Source of the DNA: Oscillospiraceae bacterium | Lineage (GTDB): Bacteria > Bacillota > Clostridia > Oscillospirales > WRJC01 | Length of the DNA: 64,000 bases | Direction of reading: 5' to 3' | NCBI GenBank assembly: GCA_009780985.1 | Contig: WQYZ01000001.1 | Location: 4,030-68,029 of the forward strand | Part shown: piece by piece, positions 45,398 to 53,469 of the stretch | How positions within the stretch are numbered: the stretch's first letter is position 1 | Layout of the letters: each line of letters starts with the position of its first letter | The notes under the pieces: generated by a model | Seen by the model: the letters and a program-made list of their open reading frames with translations, nothing else | Told to the model about the DNA's origin: nothing | Database searches by the model: none | Translations under genes and position numbers: made by a program

Positions 45398-47254
45398 ATG
45401 AGCAACATCACAAACGCAATTTTAAGCGCGGACGAAACTTTTTTAATCACACTGTCAAACAAGGGAATATATAACAGAGCGTTGAAAGAATATGAAACGT
45501 CCGTGTCAAATATAGAAGTCGCCGACAATACAGTTAAAGCTGAATTTTCGGACGGCACATTTACTACTATAACCGATTCGATTCAAAATCATAAATGCAC
45601 ATGCCCGTCAAGAACGGTGTGCAAACATCTTGTAATGGCGGTTATCGCCGTGCAAAATAAACTTAAACAAGAGACTGATAGTGCGGTAGAGGCGAACATT
45701 GTTCGCCCGGATACCAGCGCAGATATTCCCGATTTTGATTTTGTCGCGGAAATAACCCCGCAGCAGCTCGAAAAGCTCGCGTCAAAAAAAATATATACAG
45801 AGGCTTTATTTAATATAAAAACCGGCTCGAAAGCCGAAATCGAAATATCCTCCGTTTTATCCGTGACCGCCGCCCACAACCAAATAACCCAGACCGTGCG
45901 TTTTCTTCCCGCAAACAATAATCTGAAAACTTCAACAGACCTTGCAAACTGGGCGAATACTTCCGTCTGCACCTGCAAATCCTCTAATTTCTGCGCGCAT
46001 AAAACGTCGGGCGTCTTGCATTTTATACTTCATAAAAAAGGCGAAGCCGAGTTTAACCAAAAGTTTTTCCCTGAGAGCTCCAGCGAAGCAAGCATCGAGT
46101 TCGGCGCATATGTTATACCGTATATAAAACAATTTGCAGCCGATATTTTTTCAAGCGGACTTGCGAGAAATTCAGATGCCGTATCGCAAAGATTTTTACA
46201 GCTTTCGACGATATGCCACAGCCAGAATTTGGCGAATATGGAGCGTTCCTGCGACAGAATAGCCGGACAATACGAACTGTTTGAAAAGAAAAGCGCGATT
46301 TTTTCTGTAAACAATCTTATGAGCGAACTGTGCAGTTTAATTTTACAGTGCGACACTTTAGAGAAATTAAATACCAGCGCAACGGGGAAAAATACAGCAA
46401 ATATAGTCGGGGTATTCAGGGAGCAGTATAATCAAATCCCGCCTGCCGATTTTTACGGTCTCGGAGCGTATCAATGGCACTCTATGAGCGGGTATACAGG
46501 AGTGACGGCGATATTCTATTCGCCGGAATTATCGGATTTCGCAGTATATACGACCGCCATGCCCGACGCAAACAAACCGGACGCAATTCAGATGTACAAT
46601 AGTCCCGCCCCGTGGGGAATAGCCACGAAATTGAGCGAAATAACGGATATAAATTTTACTTTAAAAAACGCTAAGATAAACTCCAGAAACAACATATCGT
46701 CGTCTGCCGAAACTACCGCGCACATCAACGGCAAAACGAATATATTCGACGCAAAACTGTCAAAAATCAGATACGATAACTTTACGTCGCTTGTTGAAAA
46801 TTTATGGGAAAAATACGACGGCGGCGAAAATCAGAATCAAAATCAGCCGAGAAGTCTTACAGCTTTGATTTTCCCGAAAAAATACGATAAAGCGAATTTC
46901 AACTCAATCACGCAGATATATTCTTTTGCAGTCTATGACAAAGACGGCAGGAAAATAAATATATCCGTAAAATACGAGCCTGCGACAAATCTGTTGATTG
47001 AAAACCTGAAAAAACTTGAAAACAGGAAATTACTCTACGGTCCGATTCTGTTGCGGGTTTATATAGAAAACGGGAAACTGAAAGCGTTCCCCATAGCTTT
47101 ATATGTCGATTATATCAACGAAGAAGAATTTATATCAAACGGTAAATTGGAATTGGAAGTGGTAAATTTAAGTCTGGACGATTTAGATAAGATAGATAAA
47201 AAGGGCAAAAAAGATAAAAATGCAAACAAAGGCTCAAAATATTTTAACTGGTGA
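45398..47254 (+). CDS. double SWIM zinc-finger protein, otherwise uncharacterised (618 aa)
   Basis: Two CxCxnCxH SWIM motifs: CTCPSRTVCKH (about aa 68-78) and CTCKSSNFCAH (about aa 191-201). The remaining roughly 400 aa have no motif I recognise. Confidence 0.65.
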   Translation: MSNITNAILSADETFLITLSNKGIYNRALKEYETSVSNIEVADNTVKAEFSDGTFTTITDSIQNHKCTCPSRTVCKHLVMAVIAVQNKLKQETDSAVEANIVRPDTSADIPDFDFVAEITPQQLEKLASKKIYTEALFNIKTGSKAEIEISSVLSVTAAHNQITQTVRFLPANNNLKTSTDLANWANTSVCTCKSSNFCAHKTSGVLHFILHKKGEAEFNQKFFPESSSEASIEFGAYVIPYIKQFAADIFSSGLARNSDAVSQRFLQLSTICHSQNLANMERSCDRIAGQYELFEKKSAIFSVNNLMSELCSLILQCDTLEKLNTSATGKNTANIVGVFREQYNQIPPADFYGLGAYQWHSMSGYTGVTAIFYSPELSDFAVYTTAMPDANKPDAIQMYNSPAPWGIATKLSEITDINFTLKNAKINSRNNISSSAETTAHINGKTNIFDAKLSKIRYDNFTSLVENLWEKYDGGENQNQNQPRSLTALIFPKKYDKANFNSITQIYSFAVYDKDGRKINISVKYEPATNLLIENLKKLENRKLLYGPILLRVYIENGKLKAFPIALYVDYINEEEFISNGKLELEVVNLSLDDLDKIDKKGKKDKNANKGSKYFNW

Positions 47255-47277
47255 GGATAAATCTATTTTGAATTATT

Positions 47278-47355
47278 GTAGGGGCAACCCTTGCGGTTGC
47301 CCTTAGATTACAGCAAATTTTGTAGGTTTAGGGCAACCGCAAGGGTTGCCCCTAC
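47278..47355. repeat. GTAGGGGC...GCCCCTAC REP-like nested palindrome (copy C)
   Basis: Perfect 25-bp arms GTAGGGGCAACCCTTGCGGTTGCCC / GGGCAACCGCAAGGGTTGCCCCTAC with a 28-nt spacer. Each arm is itself a hairpin (GGGCAACC-CTTGC-GGTTGCCC). Confidence 0.85.
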
Positions 47356-47387
47356 GGATAAAATTGTGAAACGGAGATTATAATTTT

Positions 47388-47735
47388 ATGGATAATATAA
47401 CAGTAAGCAATACAGATTGCGCACACATTCGGTCAATTTTAAATGATGGGAAATTTGAATTGACGTCGGCATATGAGCGCGGACTTTTCAACGCAAGTCA
47501 ATTTTATGAAAATTTTAAACGTCTGTCCGATAAATTCGCCGAATGCGGATTGGAATACGGCGCGGAAAAATTCAGGGAATTATTTGAAATTACAGCCGCG
47601 TCGAGATTTGAGGCAAAATGGCAGACAGCCACGGCTGTTTTAAAAATAGCCGAAATCTGGAATTATGTAGACCTCTGCATGGACAGATTGAATTTTTACG
47701 AGATACTCGACGAAATGAACGCGGATATTGATTAA
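47388..47735 (+). CDS. hypothetical protein (115 aa)
   Basis: ORF with SD-like GGAGA upstream. No recognisable motif. Bracketed by two REP-like elements. Confidence 0.5.
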   Translation: MDNITVSNTDCAHIRSILNDGKFELTSAYERGLFNASQFYENFKRLSDKFAECGLEYGAEKFRELFEITAASRFEAKWQTATAVLKIAEIWNYVDLCMDRLNFYEILDEMNADID

Positions 47736-47752
47736 TATACGGGGATCTGTAT

Positions 47753-47790
47753 GTAGGGGCAGGAAAACCCCGCCCCTACGCATTTTTTCA
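47753..47790 (+). terminator. short GTAGGGGC/GCCCCTAC hairpin acting as a terminator (copy C2)
   Basis: GTAGGGGCAGG-AAAA-CCCCGCCCCTAC followed by GCATTTTTT. It lies between convergent genes. Confidence 0.65.
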
Positions 47791-49296
47791 ACTCCCCGAA
47801 TTGCTGCTGAATACTGCGATTGTTTTGTCAAGACCGCTCTGCATTTTATCTTTCGTTGCGTCTAAAACTGAGGTAAACGGCTGATTTTTATACATGCTGT
47901 CAAGCAGTTTTGTATAGTTTCCGCCCCAGTCGTATATCGGACCGAAATCGTAACTCGCGTTTTCGCAGATTATGTCGAGCATTTGCGCAGAATAATCGTC
48001 TCTCGTGAACTTCGTTTTAAGCGTGACGTCGTACTCCGCCGGAGTTGACGTGTATTTCCCGACGGCGGCAAGAGCTTCAACTATCATTCCCGTTCTGCCT
48101 ACGTCTTCGTTTGTCTTGGGAATCGCCACGGCGACCGCTCCCCACGGATTGCAGTACGAATAATAACTGTCTTGATTTTCGTCGAATTTTGGCATCGGCA
48201 ATATCCCGTAATCGTAATTCAAATCTCTGAACAGCGCCAGATTGCCGGTGGTCTGACCTAAAATCAATACTCTGCCATCTTTGAACGGAGGCCCTTCTGT
48301 ATACGACGTATATGTCGGGTCAACGTGAGCGTCGTTTGTCGATAACAACTGCGAGAGTTTGTCTATAACGTTAAGGCTTTTTTCACTGCCTATTTCAATA
48401 TACGGGTTGCCGTCTTTTATTGCAATCATGTTTTCCCCGCAGCCTCTGTACATACTGAACGCCGTCATTCCCTCGCACATAAGTCCGTAAAAGTCGTTCA
48501 TGTCAAATTTGCCGTCGCCGTTTACATCTTTTCCTTTATCCTTGATTATCTGACTCAGAGCGTCAATAGTCCATTTGCCGTCCAAAACCTGCTGATAAGG
48601 ATATTCAAGCCCGTAATCTTGAAACAACTGCTTGTTGAACATCAGAAGATACGGCGACAAAGTGAATCTTGGGGTTATATCCCCGGTCGGGAAATAGAAT
48701 TTGCCGTCGATAGTCAAATCCCTTGTCGCGTATTTGCTCCACCATGGTTTGGACAAATCGACGTTAGGCACGGTATTAAAATCATATATGGCTCCCGTTT
48801 GCGCCAAAGCGCATGTCACATTCTGAAAGTCTCCGATAACAATATCAAAAGAATTGTCGCCTGCCATAACGGATTTTTTTGCTTTGTTAGTCATTTGTGT
48901 TACGTCGTCTATTATAGTGTACGTGATTTTTATATTATATTTGTCCTCAATCAGACGGTCTCTTGTATAAAGAGCGTCGTTGATGGGTTCGCCGTTTTGT
49001 TCTGTTTCAGGAGCCTGTCTTATTTCCAAAGTTGAGTTAGGGCGGTTTGACGTCCAGAACTTAAATTCATATCCTCCGTAATCGGCGTCAGGCAGAGACG
49101 CCAATACAGAAGTTGCGTCGACCGCCGCCGTCGTAGTTTCCGCGCTACTGTCAGCCGCGCCGCCGCCCGTGTTTGAATCTGACGGCGTATTATTGGCATT
49201 GCCGCCGTTATTATTGCTTGAACAGGAAAATAATCCGAACAGAATAAATACAGCAATCATAAGCGCAAATATCCTTGAAAATCTTATTTTCTGCAT
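47788..49296 (-). CDS. ABC transporter extracellular solute-binding lipoprotein (carbohydrate type)
   Basis: Lipobox LFGLFSC and a Ser/Asn/Gly-rich linker. 502 aa, with size and composition of a family-1 sugar-binding protein. Confidence 0.7.
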   Translation of the reverse strand: MQKIRFSRIFALMIAVFILFGLFSCSSNNNGGNANNTPSDSNTGGGAADSSAETTTAAVDATSVLASLPDADYGGYEFKFWTSNRPNSTLEIRQAPETEQNGEPINDALYTRDRLIEDKYNIKITYTIIDDVTQMTNKAKKSVMAGDNSFDIVIGDFQNVTCALAQTGAIYDFNTVPNVDLSKPWWSKYATRDLTIDGKFYFPTGDITPRFTLSPYLLMFNKQLFQDYGLEYPYQQVLDGKWTIDALSQIIKDKGKDVNGDGKFDMNDFYGLMCEGMTAFSMYRGCGENMIAIKDGNPYIEIGSEKSLNVIDKLSQLLSTNDAHVDPTYTSYTEGPPFKDGRVLILGQTTGNLALFRDLNYDYGILPMPKFDENQDSYYSYCNPWGAVAVAIPKTNEDVGRTGMIVEALAAVGKYTSTPAEYDVTLKTKFTRDDYSAQMLDIICENASYDFGPIYDWGGNYTKLLDSMYKNQPFTSVLDATKDKMQSGLDKTIAVFSSNSGS

Positions 49297-49341
49297 TTTA
49301 AAATAATCCCCCCACGCGTATAATATTTTATATTTTTTTGA

Positions 49342-50118
49342 TTATTTATTATATTTCGCCTTTTGTTCATTTACCATTTTCATAATAGACGGAACTTCTT
49401 CTTCCATCAATTCTTTGAAAAAGTCTGTATAATTATATGTCAAATCCTCAATCGGACGCTCTTTTATGCCTTTTATATAGCCTTTGATTAAATCAAAATC
49501 TTTTTCATAACAGTGCATAGAGTTCGACCGATGAGTATATGTGCCGACTTCCACGCCCAACTCCTCCGCGATTTTTTCCTGCAGACGTATCAAAGCAAAT
49601 GCGTTGTAAAAAAACGCTTCGGCCAAATCGTTGCTTCTGAATAAAATCTTGCAGTGAAGTGCGCGGCTTCCGTCCGCAGTATCGCGCATAAAATACTGTA
49701 TCGATTGTAAACAAGCCGGGTCGTCGTTTGACGAATCCACTTTAAAGTCCCTGATATTCATGATTGCCCTGCGCGAATATGGATTGCGTTTCAGCTCCGA
49801 TATAATAAACGGCACCTGATACGCATACCTGTCGTGATATGTATACTCCCATACGTTTTCAGCCGCGCTTATCATAAAATCCAATATGCCGTCTAAAATT
49901 TCAAGCTCGTACTGCTTGATTTCATGCGCTCCGCCGATAATAAGACGGCTTACGCGCGGCTCTGCGAGAGGTTCCTCGACGCACACAGTTATACTCGCTT
50001 CTTTTTGCAGCTGTTTGTAATCGGGACAATCGACGATTTCGCCGTTTTCATAGAGTTCTGTCAATGCTTTGTGATACGCTTCGGGCAGGGTTTTCCCCGT
50101 GACAAAAATTTCTTTCAT
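49342..50118 (-). CDS. thymidylate synthase family protein (archaeal/methanogen-type ThyA-like)
   Basis: YTYHDRY, NPYSRRAIM, DPACLQSIQYF (catalytic Cys), LFRSNDL and a late H.Y motif, in the order seen in archaeal-type TS. Confidence 0.6.
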   Translation of the reverse strand: MKEIFVTGKTLPEAYHKALTELYENGEIVDCPDYKQLQKEASITVCVEEPLAEPRVSRLIIGGAHEIKQYELEILDGILDFMISAAENVWEYTYHDRYAYQVPFIISELKRNPYSRRAIMNIRDFKVDSSNDDPACLQSIQYFMRDTADGSRALHCKILFRSNDLAEAFFYNAFALIRLQEKIAEELGVEVGTYTHRSNSMHCYEKDFDLIKGYIKGIKERPIEDLTYNYTDFFKELMEEEVPSIMKMVNEQKAKYNK

Positions 50119-50161
50119 AATAAAATTATATAATATTACCTTTCAATAAAAATAATTTATT

Positions 50162-50272
50162 GTAGGGGCGCGCAATGCGCGTCCGTGACCCGGTAACGTC
50201 TTTACGGACGCGCATTGCGCGCCCCTACAGAAAGGGCGGATACTGAACTCTGCTCAGTGTTGCCGCCCCTAC
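50162..50272. repeat. GTAGGGGC...GCCCCTAC REP-like element, composite (copy D: full palindrome plus an extra right end)
   Basis: Perfect 25-bp arms GTAGGGGCGCGCAATGCGCGTCCGT / ACGGACGCGCATTGCGCGCCCCTAC with a 17-nt spacer, followed by AGAAAGGGCGG...GCCGCCCCTAC (50229-50272). Confidence 0.85.
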
Positions 50273-50290
50273 AATTTCGTTTTGGTTTCT

Positions 50291-51283
50291 TTATTTTATT
50301 GTGACAGTTGCGCCTGTTTTGTGTGAGATATACGCGTTTTCGAGAAGCTCCGCAAGCCCGATTGCATCTTTTATGCCGAACACAACCGGATCGCCTTTCT
50401 CTATGGCATTAAACCACGTCTGCATCGGAGACGGCAGACCTTTCGGCAGTTTTGTAACTTCGATAAATCCGTCGCGTAACTTTCTCGTTTCGGGAGTCGA
50501 CAATCTGACTTGATTGTCCGTAGCGAGAAGCATACCATCTGTCCCGTAAATTTCAAACGCCCACGGAGAAACAGGCGTTACAAAACTTGTTTCGACCATT
50601 GCGATAATTTTGTTCTTGAACTCTATAACGTTTACGGCGTTGTCCTCTATACCGTTGTCGATCGCTTTTTTTGTCGTGGCGTTATATATAGACGTTATTC
50701 TCGCGGGCGCGCCCAAGAGATAGTTTGCAATATACATCGGGTGACAGCCCAAGTCCATCATTGCGCCGCCGCAGGCGTCCTTTTCGATATACCAGTAGTC
50801 CGGAAGCCAGTTTCCGCTTGCGCCGTTGTGCGCGTTCCTGAATCTCGCGGTGTTTACCTGTCCCAACACGCCGGAATCTATCACCTGTTTAGCGTATAAG
50901 ACAACCGGAGACGTTCTCTGCGGGAAAGAAATTGTGAATATAACTTTGTTTTTCTCGATTGCCTTCTCTATTTCGAGAGCTTCTTTTTTTGTGGGTGCGA
51001 CGGTTTTTTCGGTGTAAATATGTTTCTTAGCATTGGCGGCGGCTATCATAACATCTTTGTGTTTTGACTTTTCTGTATCGACTACGACAGCGTCTATATC
51101 GCTTCTCGCTAGAACTTTTGCCAAATCTTTTTCATAGTCGCATCCGAGTTCTTTCGCCCAAGCCGAGCCTCTGTTTTCGTCCTCGTCCCAGACGACGGGA
51201 ATCTCATGTCCGGAATTTTTTACTTCATTTGCGTAACCGCCTGCATGAACGTGCCATTTACTGAGCATTGCCACTTTAAGCAT
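50291..51283 (-). CDS. Gfo/Idh/MocA family oxidoreductase
   Basis: N-terminal Rossmann region and a YTEKT (EKP-like) motif. 330 aa. Confidence 0.8.
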   Translation of the reverse strand: MLKVAMLSKWHVHAGGYANEVKNSGHEIPVVWDEDENRGSAWAKELGCDYEKDLAKVLARSDIDAVVVDTEKSKHKDVMIAAANAKKHIYTEKTVAPTKKEALEIEKAIEKNKVIFTISFPQRTSPVVLYAKQVIDSGVLGQVNTARFRNAHNGASGNWLPDYWYIEKDACGGAMMDLGCHPMYIANYLLGAPARITSIYNATTKKAIDNGIEDNAVNVIEFKNKIIAMVETSFVTPVSPWAFEIYGTDGMLLATDNQVRLSTPETRKLRDGFIEVTKLPKGLPSPMQTWFNAIEKGDPVVFGIKDAIGLAELLENAYISHKTGATVTIK

Positions 51284-51416
51284 AATTTTATCCTCGCTTT
51301 ATTTATAAATTTTATAATTTATATGGATTTTTAGATATTTATAGATTACAGTAACTATATCATAAATATATATAAATTTTGTGAAATTTTATTAATTTTG
51401 ATATGAAATTTATAAA

Positions 51417-52625
51417 TTATTCCGCCGCCTTGAAATTATATACCGGCGTGATTGTCTTGTAAATCTCGACTGTGCCGCCGATGTGTTTTATAATTTCCTC
51501 CATGGGTTTATATGCCATAGGAGCTTCGTCAATCGTGGAGTTTGATATCGTTGTCGAATATATGCCGTCCATCTGTTTTCTGAACTCGCTTAAAATCAGG
51601 CTGTGTTTTGCCTCGCTCCGGCTCATAATACGCCCCGCGCCGTGCGGAGCGGAAAAATTCCAGTCAGGATTACCTTTGCCTATGCAGATTAGACTGCCGT
51701 CGCGCATGTTCATGGGAATCAACAGTTTTTCGCCGTCTTTTGCCGAAACCGCGCCTTTGCGCAGTATCATTGTCTCAGTTTCGATATAGTTGTGCACGGT
51801 CATAAACTGTTCGATTATATCAAACTTCATCTTTTTGCGGATTTCCTCGACCATCGCTTTTCTGTTTATATCCGCGAATTTCTGCACGATTTTCATGTCG
51901 TGAATATAATCGTCGAATAAATAATCTTCGGCATATGCGAGAGCTTTCGGAATACTTGTCAGCTCGTTCAGCTTCGATTCTTCGAGAGCCTGTTGAATAT
52001 CTTTATCTCTGCCTTGTCTTTTTAACTCTTTTATAAGCTCGTCAATATCTTTTTTTGAATTTTTGTTTAAACGTCTGTATGCCTCGTTCTGATAATAAGT
52101 CGCGACTTCTGTACCGAGATGACGGCTGCCCGAATGTACGACAAAATATAAAATCCCGTCACTGTCTTTGTCAGCTTCGATAAAATGATTGCCGCCGCCG
52201 AGAGTGCCGATACTTCTTCTCGCCCTGTCAAGATTTACCTGACGCTTGCATTTCAGTTCATCCAGCTCGATTAAATCATTGAATTTATGCTCCCTGCTGC
52301 GGATTTCAAAACCGCAGGGGATATTTTCATTTATTGCCTTGTCTAATTCCGGCAGATTTATGCGTTTGTTGTCAAGACGTACGACTTCCATTCCGCAACC
52401 TATGTCAACACCGACAAGATTTGGCACAACTTTGTCCCGGATTGTCATAGTTGTGCCGATAGTACAGCCCGCGCCCGCGTGAACGTCGGGCATAATCCTG
52501 ATTTTCGCACCTTTTGTGAATTCCTGATTGCATAACTGCATAATCTGGCTGTAAGCCGTGTTTTCCATTGTTTCGTAATCGCTGAAAACGATGGCTTCGT
52601 TATATTTTCCTGTTATTGTATACAT
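51417..52625 (-). CDS. rtcB: RNA 3'-phosphate ligase RtcB
   Basis: DVHAGAG, GGGNHFIE, HSGSRHLG and PHGAGR metal/GTP-binding motifs. 402 aa. Confidence 0.9.
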   Translation of the reverse strand: MYTITGKYNEAIVFSDYETMENTAYSQIMQLCNQEFTKGAKIRIMPDVHAGAGCTIGTTMTIRDKVVPNLVGVDIGCGMEVVRLDNKRINLPELDKAINENIPCGFEIRSREHKFNDLIELDELKCKRQVNLDRARRSIGTLGGGNHFIEADKDSDGILYFVVHSGSRHLGTEVATYYQNEAYRRLNKNSKKDIDELIKELKRQGRDKDIQQALEESKLNELTSIPKALAYAEDYLFDDYIHDMKIVQKFADINRKAMVEEIRKKMKFDIIEQFMTVHNYIETETMILRKGAVSAKDGEKLLIPMNMRDGSLICIGKGNPDWNFSAPHGAGRIMSRSEAKHSLILSEFRKQMDGIYSTTISNSTIDEAPMAYKPMEEIIKHIGGTVEIYKTITPVYNFKAAE

Positions 52626-52684
52626 GTTTTTACCTCATATATTATTAGTATAATATTATCTTTATGTTAAAGCGAGGTGGTTTC

Positions 52685-52715
52685 GCCCAAGCCCTCTTTC
52701 AAAGAGGGCTTGGGC
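52685..52715. repeat. perfect 15-bp-arm palindrome between the XRE gene and rtcB
   Basis: GCCCAAGCCCTCTTT-C-AAAGAGGGCTTGGGC. There is no U-run on the transcribed (minus) strand, so it is not a canonical intrinsic terminator. Confidence 0.7.
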
Positions 52716-52719
52716 ACTG

Positions 52720-52938
52720 TCACCTGCGTTCTCTCACGTCCGACAATCCGAGCAAATAGTCGGCAGATACATTGAAATATAGACAGAATTTAATTAGATT
52801 ATCTATAGTAGGTTTAGTTTTGCCATATTCATAACTTTGATAATGACTGGTTGATATTCCAATGTTACTAGATAATTGTTTTTGAGAAATATTTTTTTCT
52901 ATGCGCAGGTCTTTTAATATTTCGTGAAATGTTTTCAT
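52720..52938 (-). CDS. XRE-family helix-turn-helix transcriptional regulator (72 aa)
   Basis: LRIEKNISQKQLSSNIGISTSHYQSYEYGKTKPTIDNLIKF is an HTH_3 pattern. The start is set at the internal ATG 52938. The longer ORF-track form runs through the promoter region. Confidence 0.8.
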   Translation of the reverse strand: MKTFHEILKDLRIEKNISQKQLSSNIGISTSHYQSYEYGKTKPTIDNLIKFCLYFNVSADYLLGLSDVRERR

Positions 52939-52982
52939 AAAATAAATTTCTCCAAAAAATAAAAAATTTTTATAAAAACTCC

Positions 52983-53035
52983 TTGACAACCTAAATATAG
53001 TGTGATATAATATACGCATACAAACCTAAATATAG
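52983..53035 (+). promoter_or_regulatory. consensus promoter with two 13-bp direct repeats (putative XRE operators)
   Basis: TTGACA (52983), a 17-nt spacer, then TGATATAAT (53006). AACCTAAATATAG occurs at 52988-53000, inside the spacer, and again at 53023-53035, just downstream of -10. Confidence 0.6.
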
Positions 53036-53055
53036 GGTATAAGGAGATATAACTC

Positions 53056-53364
53056 ATGGAAATCAACATAAAAGAGATATTTGAACGCGCGAATATGCAC
53101 CAGATACGCGAGTTTCTGGTATCTGGTCTTGAACTTGACGGCGAACTCGATAAACGTTCATACAGCGAGCGTTTGGAAGAGGGAAGTCTGCATATAGTCA
53201 ACAGAATTAAAAATACTGCAAAAGACGAGGCAGAACTCGACAGAGTTTATTCGGAATTTACCGACGCAACAGACGAGTATATGCAGGTTTTCCTCGAGAT
53301 AGGCATGAAAGTCGGCGCAAGGTTGTTAGCTCAAATGTTGTTTCAGGACGATTATGATAAATAG
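53056..53364 (+). CDS. hypothetical protein (102 aa), divergent from the XRE regulator
   Basis: SD AAGGAG. Acidic helical protein with no motif I recognise. Confidence 0.55.
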   Translation: MEINIKEIFERANMHQIREFLVSGLELDGELDKRSYSERLEEGSLHIVNRIKNTAKDEAELDRVYSEFTDATDEYMQVFLEIGMKVGARLLAQMLFQDDYDK

Positions 53365-53388
53365 ATAAGTCCGGAAACCCCGATTTAC

Positions 53389-53446
53389 GTAGGGGCGGAT
53401 GGTAATCCGCCCGTGATTTTACGGGACGATTACCATCGTCCCCTAC
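53389..53446. repeat. GTAGGGGC...CCCCTAC REP-like nested palindrome (copy E)
   Basis: GTAGGGGCGGATGGTAATCCGCCCGT-GATTTT-ACGGGACGATTACCATCGTCCCCTAC. Three internal hairpins are closed by GTAGGGG/CCCCTAC, and CCGGAAAC/GTTTCCGG flanks the whole element. Confidence 0.85.
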
Positions 53447-53469
53447 AGTTTCCGGACAGATCTAATAAT

